Of a DNA stretch of 64,000 nt, positions 23,001 to 33,301 are shown piece by piece. This DNA comes from Octopus vulgaris (lineage: Eukaryota): NCBI GenBank assembly GCA_951406725.2, contig OX597817.1, positions 150,908,001-150,972,000 of the forward strand, in the 5' to 3' direction. Every line of letters begins with the position of its first letter. The first letter of the stretch is position 1. The notes under the pieces are model-generated. The model was not told the origin of the DNA and did no database searches. It was given only the letters and a program-made list of their open reading frames with translations. The translations under genes and the position numbers were made by a program.

Positions 23001-26000
23001 TTAATGTAGAGGAGATACATGGGTGCCCAAGCAGGAAAAGGAGAAAGGCTGGTGGAGATGAGGTGTCAGGGCATATTCCCAAGGTACAAGATGCATAAAG
23101 ATAAAATTATCTTTTAACATTCATTTTCCATGCTGGCATGGATGGATGGTTTGACAGGAGCCGCACTGGTTCCATAGTCTGTATTGGCTTGGTTTCTACA
23201 GCTGGATGCCTTTTCAAATGTCAACCACTTCACTGAGTGTACTGGGTGCTTTTTACATGTGGCACTGTCGCCAGTGCTTTTTACATGGCACCGTCACCAG
23301 TGCTTTTTACGCGGCACTGTCACCTGTGCTTTCTATGTGGCACCATAACCAGTGCTTTTTATGTAGCATCAGAAAATTGAGGTGGTTGCGTGGGTAGGTT
23401 CATGAAAGTGACAGATAGAGATGAATACAGTGAATGGTGAACATGGGTGGCGGCATGGTCACTGGTGAATTTCAATTTAGGGAAGATCAGGACGGTGGTG
23501 GTAGGTGGTAGTACATAAAAAGGGGTTCAGGGTAGAGATCCACATAATAAAACTGTAGATAAATAATAGAGAAATGGTGTGAAGTGTGAAGAGAGAGAGA
23601 GAAGACACAGTGCCAAAGATGGAGGTCAGAGGTACATAGAGTGGATAGAATTAGTGATGAAAAAGGGCATCAGTGGTAGATGAGATCATGTTCATGGGAA
23701 AAAGAGTGTTCAGTGGAAAATTGAGTGGTAAAGAATGATGTTGAGAATGTTGGATAGGTGACAAGGGAAGTGGTTCTAAGGTGGGGATAACTGTTAGCAC
23801 AAAAGTGGGGGATAATATTTAATGGGAAAGCATTAAATGCTTGTGTCAGTGACTAAAGCAGTTGAGCATAATTGCAACAGGATATGGGTATAACCAGAAT
23901 ATCAACTAGTGAGGTTATCAATCTTTCCACTAACCACCTAATTTGTGGAAAGTACAAAAAAAGTGTTAGATAATTTATATTTGTATGGACTGGCAGGGAG
24001 GGGAGGGTGTGGGGTTGTCAAACTCATCCCTACAGGTGTGAAAATCAGGAGACAGAAAAATATTTTCGATTGTCTACGGAAGTGAATTTGAAGTATTCAA
24101 TGATTGTAATACAGTAAACAAAAAAAAAAAAAGGAAAAAAACAAATTACTCACCAGGATCTAGAAATGACATGATTTTAGTGGCTAAATTAGTTGGTAAC
24201 CAAGTAATGATATCTTGGCAATTTGGAGGACAGCCTCGATGCAAATTAGGCTCCATTTTCACAGAAAGCAAATGTAACTGAGGCAACTCACAACCTTTCT
24301 AGATTTAAAATGAAAGTGAAACATTTTATTAGAGACATAAATCATATGGAATGTTAAAACAAACAATTTGTGAATATTTCTACAACTGTTTATATAAATT
24401 ATTCAGATAAAAATTTGGGCTCAATATGAAGATATTAAATCTATCTTTCCATTTTCTCTGTTTACTATTTCTGGGACAGTTGTGGGGATTGAGTCCTTAG
24501 GCACCTCCTCCATAGGATCCTATCAGAAGCAACTGTCTTTACACTTTCCAGTTATCAATCACTATGCTTGTTCCCTTTGGGGTCCTAGGACATGCATCCT
24601 TTGTGCTCCTACACTGTCTCCCAAAATAAAGTTCCAGGTTTACTGCTGCTTGTATCAGCATTGAGTGGAGATGGCAAAATATTTTATGAATAGATCCCCT
24701 CTATTTAAGGTCCAAACACTTCCTATTTATTAATTACCCACAAGGGGCTAAACATAGAGGGGACAAACAAGGACAGACAAAGGGATTAAGTCAATTACAT
24801 CGACCTGAGTACGTAACTGGTACTTAATTTATTGACCCCAAAAGGATGAAAGGCAAAGTCGACCTCAGCAGAATTTGAACTCAGAACGTAATGACAGATG
24901 AAATACCTATTTCTTTATTACCCACAAGGGGCTAAACACAGAGGGGACAAACAAGGACAGACATAGGTATTAAGTCGATTACATCGACCCCAGTGCATAA
25001 CTGGTACTTAATTTATCGACCCCGAAAGGATGAAAGGCAAAGTCGACCTTGGTGGAATTTGAACTCACAATGTAACGCAGACATATACCGCTAAGCATTT
25101 CACCCGGCGTGCTAACGTTTCTGCCAGCTCACCGCTTATTAACTTGCATGATGTGGTATGGTTTATTCCTTCAAACCCTTTTCCTATTGCAGCTTTTGGT
25201 GGTCTCATTTGTGTCAGGCATGAAGCTCATATTCATATTGGACCAGCAAATTAATATTAATATTGACTTTTTTCATAAGACTATTTTTTGTGTCCATTTA
25301 ATCAGTTCCACTGTCTGATTATGTTTTAACTTTGAAAAGTTGAATGCTTAATGTATTTAAGTAAAAATATGGAAGTATGATACATTTAGTTGGGTATTCA
25401 ACCATTTTATTTTGACATCACACTTTAACAGTTTCTTTTGAGATAAGGCAAATGAAAATGAGCCACTGATCAAATTGAACCAGTATATTACTGGTATTTA
25501 TTTTACTAACATCATCTCCATCACCAGATGGATGAAAGGCAAAATTGATCTAAGAAGAAATCTTATTCAGAATGCAGAGGGAAAAAAAGAAACATTCATT
25601 TTGATACTCTGCTGTTTCTAATGATTTACCATAATCTTAATAATAAAATGTTAACTTAAAATTGTTAAAGGGAACCCAACCCAATATCCAAAAGCTATAA
25701 AAAAACAAAACAACATATTTTGGATTCGAGTCACTGGAAAACAACAAAACTTTTAAATCCTTTTAGGAAGGATTTTAAAAAAGTGGGACGATAATGGGGT
25801 AGCGATTTGTGTAAAAAGTAGGGCGATAATGGGGTAGTGATTTGTGTAAAAAGTGGGACAATATCCATATTAGAAAGGATTTAAAACTGTTTTAAATCCT
25901 TTCTAATATGGTTGTAATTTTAGTATTTTTAACATTTCATCAAGCCAAGTGAAGTGTGTGTATAGCCCCACCTGAAGAGAAAACAGGATTTTCTAATGAA

Positions 26001-29000
26001 TAACATCATTCAATATACCCTACATTTTGTTTTTTGTTGAAATTATTAGTCTACACCAATAGTTCCCAAACTTTTTCAGGTTTCCACCCACTTCGCACCC
26101 AGGGCACATTCCTAGTGCCCCTACCCAAAATAACCATCACAAGCATAGACTTCTTTCTGAAGCAAATTCAAAGCAACTGTATTTCACAAATATAACTTAA
26201 CCTAAAGAAACCCATTATTTTGTTGTTTTTACACGAATTGCTACCCCATTATTGCCCCACTTTTTACACGAATCGCTACCCCATTATCGCCCCACTTTTT
26301 ACACAAATCGCTACCCTATTATTGCCCCACTTTTTACAAGAATCACTACCCCATTATCAACCTACTTCTCTTCAACGTCCCCTTGGAACTTTCCACCACC
26401 TCCAGGGGGACAATCCGCCCACTTTGGGAACCACTGGTCTACACAAACCGTCACAAACTTTTATTTTTTTACTTTTGTAAATGAATGATATTCCTTTTAC
26501 TTCTGGAAATGAATGATATTCCTTTACAACAATCATGTAATGTCAAGACAAGGACGCGTGCACACATTACGATGGGCTTCTTTCAGTTTCTATCTACCCA
26601 ATCTGCTTACAAGGCTTTGGCTGGCCTGTGACTATAGTAGAAGACACTCACCCAAGGGGCCACACTGTGGCAAATGTCTTAACTGCATAGCTCCATCTAC
26701 ACCTATTATATATGTATATATTAGAACAAAATAAACATGCAAAAGAATTTGATTTATGAGAAAAGATTAATGAATAAGAATTAAAGTAGTGCTCTTTGTG
26801 CAGGTGGCATGTAAAAGCACCCACTACACTCTCGGAGTGGTTGGCGTTAGGAAGGGCATCCAGCTGCAGAAACACTGCCAGATCAGATTAGAACCTGGTA
26901 CAGCCATCTGGTTTGCGAGTCCTCAGTCAAATCGTCCAACCCATGCTAGCATGGAAAGCAGACGTTAAACGATGATGATGATGATGAATATAGCAGAATG
27001 GTAAATAGATTTTCTATCCAATCAGAAGGTCCCAGGTTTGATCCCATTATGCAGCATCTTGGGCAAACATTTTCTATAGCTTCAGAGAGACTTAAAATGT
27101 GATTGAAATTCATCATCAATCTTTGGTTTTTACTATCTTGAGTCGTGAGACTCACAGGGCTGGCTACTCATTTTCTATGGTGTGTAAGTGACTGAAACCA
27201 CAACGCACCTACTGAATGGAATGCAAAATATTTTTTCCCATGAGAGTTCCGGATCCCAGTAATGAATTCATTTGCATACAGCCAATCAGAGCTCACCTTG
27301 AAAATCCACTTACTGTGTACTACTACAGTACAATCAGTCAGGCATAGAATGGTGTATGCCACTCTCTGAGTACAGCATAGCAGGTCTCACATAAGCACTA
27401 CATCCCCCCACCATCCTCATAGATCAATTGAGCCCCATCTCTATATGTAACTAACAGACTGAGATTACTGATACTGTATGTACCCATGTACCCAAGGAGA
27501 GCGCAATACGACACAACGCCATATTGATTACGATGTTTCCAGATCAACACCAACATCTTAAATTAGGAATGTACAAAATCAGTCAAAAAATTAGGAAACT
27601 ATCCTCATTTACATTTTCTAGTAATTTACACAAATTGGCAACACTTCTGGCATCATCGGTGAGCAGCTCTCCATTCACTTTATACATTAAATTTCACATT
27701 TGTCACCCCTATTAACCTGTTTAGGACAGCTAAATTTTGCTATAACACACATTATCCACTGAACTCAGCCAAAGTGTTTTTGTGACTAGGTGGATACTAG
27801 TTTAATAATTGAGCTCTGATTGGCTGTATGCAAATGAGTTCATAACTGGGGTCCAGAACTCTCGTGGGAAAAAAAACATTTCGCGAACGGGACACCAGTC
27901 AATTACAGAGTTATTTGTTTGAAGCTGAGTGGACTGGAGCAATGTGAAATGAAGTGTCTTGCTCAAGAACACAACATAGTGCTTGGTCGAGGAATTGAAA
28001 CCATGATTTTGTGATCATGAGGGCAATACCCTAACCTCCAAGGCCATGCACCTTCATCTTGAGTGAAAATGAGAAGGTGGAAACTGTACAGAAGCTCATC
28101 ACTTAGATTGTACCTCTAATTCTAACGTCTAACCTTGTCGCACCATATGCTGTTTCTGTATTAGAATTCCATTCGGATTGGGTTGCCTATGTTTAGTCCA
28201 CCACAGGATGAAGGCCACAATATGTTCTCTCCACTAACCATAGTCCAATGTGGAGCCTGTGAATTTGAGATCACACTGGTTTGATGAGCCTACTTTGCCA
28301 CACTGGCACAACATGGCTTGGCGGAGGAGTGCAGTTTCTATACTCTTACTCAGGAGTAGTTACATTTACTCCAGCGCTCAACTGGCATTTATTATGTTAA
28401 GAGTACAGGTATCTGTGGAATATTCTGCCTCTTTCATGTTAATTGAATGATCCTGATCATTCAGTCGAATGAACAACTGAAAAATCATGGCTGGAAATTC
28501 TGACCAAGATCCATAAATATTATTTACAAACCATGAATACTGCAGCAGACTGACAGATCCAGGACAAGCTATGTAAAAATGTAGTGGTTACTGCGATAGT
28601 TCATTTAATGGAGTAAATAAATACCAGTGATAGACAGGATAAACATAATGCTTAAATTTACAATACAAATCAATAGAAAGCAATTATGAAAATACACAGA
28701 GAAGAGTTCATTATGTTGATTTTGTTAGAAAATGTTCAGCTTCTTACCAACAACCCTTTCAGAAAAATATTTTTCTGTTCATCATTAAATTCTAGAAACC
28801 ATTTTCCCATTTCCTGAAATGAATAAAAAAAAGAGAGATAAAAAAATTAATAACTAGTGGAAGAAAGAAGACAAAAGCCCCCTGAAAAATTAGCAACACA
28901 CAGTGCACAGATAGCTTTAACATTAGCAGCCACATAGAAAAATACCAAAGGAAGTTGGGGAATAGTACAAGGGTTGGCTGAAAAGTTCATAGGCTGACCA

Positions 29001-32000
29001 AGATATTCTTGTGTGACCAAATGAAGTCTATTTTTCAGCATAGTTTCCCTTGCAGTCCACACACTTCTTCCAGCGGTGTTGCAGTGTTTGGATCCCATTG
29101 ATGAAAAAGCTTTCATTCTGTTGGTTAAAAAAGGTTATCAACAGCCAAGTATTTTTTAATGTTGGGAAATAGATGATAGTCAGCTGGGGGCCAAATCAGT
29201 AGAATAAGGAAGGTGATCAACCAGTTCAAAGCCAGTCATAAACAGCAGCCATTAAAAGTAAGGACTTGAGTGATGGAGTATTGTCCTAATGCAACAAAAC
29301 TTCAGTTGTTTTCCTGGATGTTTTGTCTTGATAACATTTCGTAACTGCTTCGGCAAGTTGGCATAGTATTCTCCATTGATAGTGTTGCTTTTTTTGAAGA
29401 TAGTAAAAAAAACACAATGCCTTTTGCATCCTCCAAAAACTGAAGCCAACACCCTCCCTGTAAATGAAACAATCTTGGCCTTCTTTGAAGCAGGTGAGGA
29501 GGGGTGTTTCCACTGCATGGAATGTCTCCTTGTCTCTGGCTCAAAGTGATGAAGCCAACACATATCCTGGCTTAGGAAATGTTTGGAGATCAGCTGGATC
29601 TGCCTTAAGCAATGTCAGATTTTCCTGTGATGAGAACAGCCTGGTGCACTTTTGATCAGGTGTCAGATGTAGCACCCACTGAGCAGGAACCTTCACCATG
29701 CCAAGCTCATTGTGCAGAATATTCTCAAATAATATGCTAATAGCATTGGCTATTTGATTTATAGTCAATTGCCTGTCATCCATCGCCATGTGGTGAATAT
29801 GGTCAATATTTTCCTTAGTTGTGGCAGTTGTAGGACATCCAGACCACAAGTTATCTTTAAGACTTTCTTGCTCTCCTAAATTCAGCTGTCCACTTTTGCA
29901 CTGTTGATAAAGGTGGAGTATTATCCCCTAATCGTGGAGGCGCAATGGCCCAGTGGTTAGGGCAGCGGACTCGCGGTCGTAGGATCGCGGTTTCGATTCC
30001 CAGACCGGGTGTTGTGAGTGTTTATTGAGTGAAAACACCTAAAGCTCCATGAGGCTCCGGCAGGGGGTGGTGGTGATCCCTGCTGTACTCTTTCACCACA
30101 ACTTTCTCTCACTCTTACTTCCTGTTTCTGTTGTATCTGTATTTCAAAGGGCTGGCCTTGTCACTCTGTGTCACGCTGAATATCCCCGAGAACTACGTTA
30201 AGGGTACACGTGTCTGTGGAGTGCTCAGCCACTTGCACGTTAATTCCACGAGCAGGCTGTTCTGTTGATCGGATCAACTGGAACACTCGTCGTCGGAACT
30301 GACGGAGTGCTTCCATCCATTATCCCCTAATATAGCAACTATGTCAGCATAAATGTCCTTGGGAAATAAACCATTTTTCTGCAGACACTTGATAACACCG
30401 CAATGCCAAGTTTTGTCCATTTTCAAGAGAAGTCACTATCAGTTACTTTTGAAGTCTTCTTTGAACAGTCAGCTTAGCAGGAAAGAAGCAATGCAGTTAT
30501 TAATAAAAAATTCAGTCCACCCTCATAAGCTGTGGCATTCATAACTTTCTTAAATATATTAAAGCACACAAGTGAAATGATGTTTTAATCATGTTCCAAG
30601 GCCTCCAATGGTTTGGGTTGATTCTGTATCTGCACATGTATGCAAATTTGATCAGCAAGCTCCTTCATGCTCTAAACTCTCAATGTTGCCCAAGTAAAAG
30701 ACTGCTATCTTGGAGCAGATATGACTTGGCATGAGTATTGTCACAGGCATTGGGTCAGAACTCAAGGGACCAGAACAAATACATGGCATTTGGTCCAATA
30801 TTCTTCCAGTTATGCCAATCTACCATCCTAAATTGGTATTTTTTTTTTTTTTAACCAACTCCAAAAGGGTAAAAAGGCAAAGTCGATCACGGTGGGATTT
30901 GAAATCAGATCTCAGAGCAGTGCAGCAAAAATATTTGTACAGCCTAAGCTTCTATGGAAACACCAAATATAAAAGAAACAAACAAATTAACAGATATGGA
31001 AATTTGAGTTGACTAAAATTCTAGACAGCATTTAATATAGAGTATTAGATTTGACATATGCGAGAGAATATCTATATTTAACCCTCTTGGGACATCTGGA
31101 CCAATTGATCGGCCCAAATGATACAAGTTGAAAGGATTTTGAAGCCAATCCACCAGCCTGATGAAACAAACGTTGTGAATGGTTGGTTTTGAAGTGTAAT
31201 AGCCAATCAGAGATCATCTTTCAGCACATATTTTATTTTTTCACAAAAACATTTATGCTTATTATTTTATTTATTTACATGTATTGTGTTGTTTTGTGGA
31301 GACGCAATGGCCCAGTGGTTAGGGCAGCGGACTCGTGGTCAGAGGATCGCGGTTTTGATTCCCAGACCGGGTGTTGTGTGTTTATTGAGCAAAAACACCT
31401 AAAAGCTCTACGAGGCTCCGGCAGGGGGTGGTGGTGACCCCTGTTGTACTCTTTCGCCCAACTTTCTCTCACTCTCTCTTCCTGTTTCTTGAGTAACGCT
31501 GCGATGGACTGATATCCTGTCCAGCTGGGGGGAACACATACGCCACAGAAACCAGGAAACTGGGCCCATGAGCCTGGCTAGGCTTGAAAAGGGCGACGTT
31601 TATCATTTTTATTGTGTTGTTTTAGGTTTTCTTATGTAATAGATGTATTGTACTGTTTATAAGCTTTCATAATATATATAGTTTTACATATCAATACAGT
31701 AGTTTTAGGCACTTTAACCTGTTTTCTATTAATACATGCACCCATCAATTTCAATCATCATCGCCATCAACATTTGATGCCCATCTTCCATGTATGCATG
31801 GGTAGGGATGGTTGATAGGAGCCAACTAGGTAGAAAAACTACCCTCGACTACTGTGTCTGTTTTGGCAGGGATTTTACAGCTGGATGCCCTTCCTAACAC
31901 CAACTACTCTGCAGAGTGGACTCGGTGTATTTTATGTGGCACTAGCACAGGCGAGGTTAGTTTTGGCAAGATTTTTACAGCTGGATGCCCTTCCTAACAC

Positions 32001-33266
32001 CAACCACAGAAAAAAGGTTTGGTCTTTTTGGTTACACATACCAAAACACCGTGTGTCTCAAAAGGGTTAACAGACTATTATCACGGTTAGAAAGTGGTGT
32101 TCATGAGAGTGTTAGATAAAATATCTTTAAAAAAAAAATATTAATGAAATTATTGTATACAGTGCTCAGGTGCGCAAGTATCTGCTGCGATTCTTTGTGT
32201 TCTGAGTTCAAATTTCCCCAATACCAACACTGACTTTTTTATCCTTCCAAGGTTGATAAAATAAAACACTATTCTAGAAGGATGACTTGATGGAACTGTA
32301 AGACAAAATGTTTTGCAGCTTTTATTCTGGTTCTTTATATTCCAAGTGTGTCCAGACAGGTGTAAAAGAGTGTTGTAAAATCCCCATAGGAAAGTAACTG
32401 GGGGCGGAGAACTACCTTTATATCATATTTAAAAACTCCCATGACAAGTGCATCACACAGGTCAAAGAAGTCAACTGGAAGCTGTTTATTAATCTGATGC
32501 CAATAATAAATTAATATCAATTTGGCTATTGATCTCGATACTAGGAAATAAAGTCTATTACAACTATATATACTATATATGTGAAAGCATATGTTTAAGC
32601 GGTTAGGGTGTTGGTCATAAAACTGTAAAGTCAAGGGTTTGATTACTGGACTGGGTAGTACATTGTGTCCTTAAGCAAGGTACTTCATTGCTCCAGTCTA
32701 CTCAACAATTCCCTTTCCCTCCAGCTGTCATACACATGATGTTCTGCTGGATCCAAGGTGGGAGGGATGAGAGAATGTCTATGTCTGCTCACAGCTACAT
32801 AGGTACCTAAAACAACTAGCAAAAGAATAGTACATGTTGCCAAGGCCATACACACTTACTAGTACAGCTAAGCACTGTATATTTACATATGGTAGTAAAA
32901 CACTTTACACACACACACACACACACACACACAAGATAAATGCTACAATCAAATCTATTATAATATAGATTACAGTAATATGAATTCTATAAAAAATAGT
33001 TTTGCTAACTCCAGTTCTTTTTTCGTGACGTTAACCCTTACCTGTTTTCAAATGAAGGACCTCTTGATCATGTTTATTTTTTTTTTATTCTTTTATTTGT
33101 TTCAGTCATATGACTGTGGCCATGCTGGAGCACTGCCTTTAGTTGAAGAAATTGACTTATTCTTTGTAAACCTAGTACTTATTCTATCGTTTTTTTTTGC
33201 TGATCCGCTAAGTTATGGGGACGTAAACACACCAGCATTGGTTGTCAAGTGATGTTGGGGGGACAA

Positions 33267-33301
<35 letters not shown>

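Noticed and set aside
29934-30010. tRNA-like sequences (also ~16060-16134, 31298-31372, 42025-42097, 58095-58171)
   Set aside because: A/B boxes are present but they continue into SINE bodies, several with TSDs, and lack a proper acceptor stem; SINE heads, not tRNA genes
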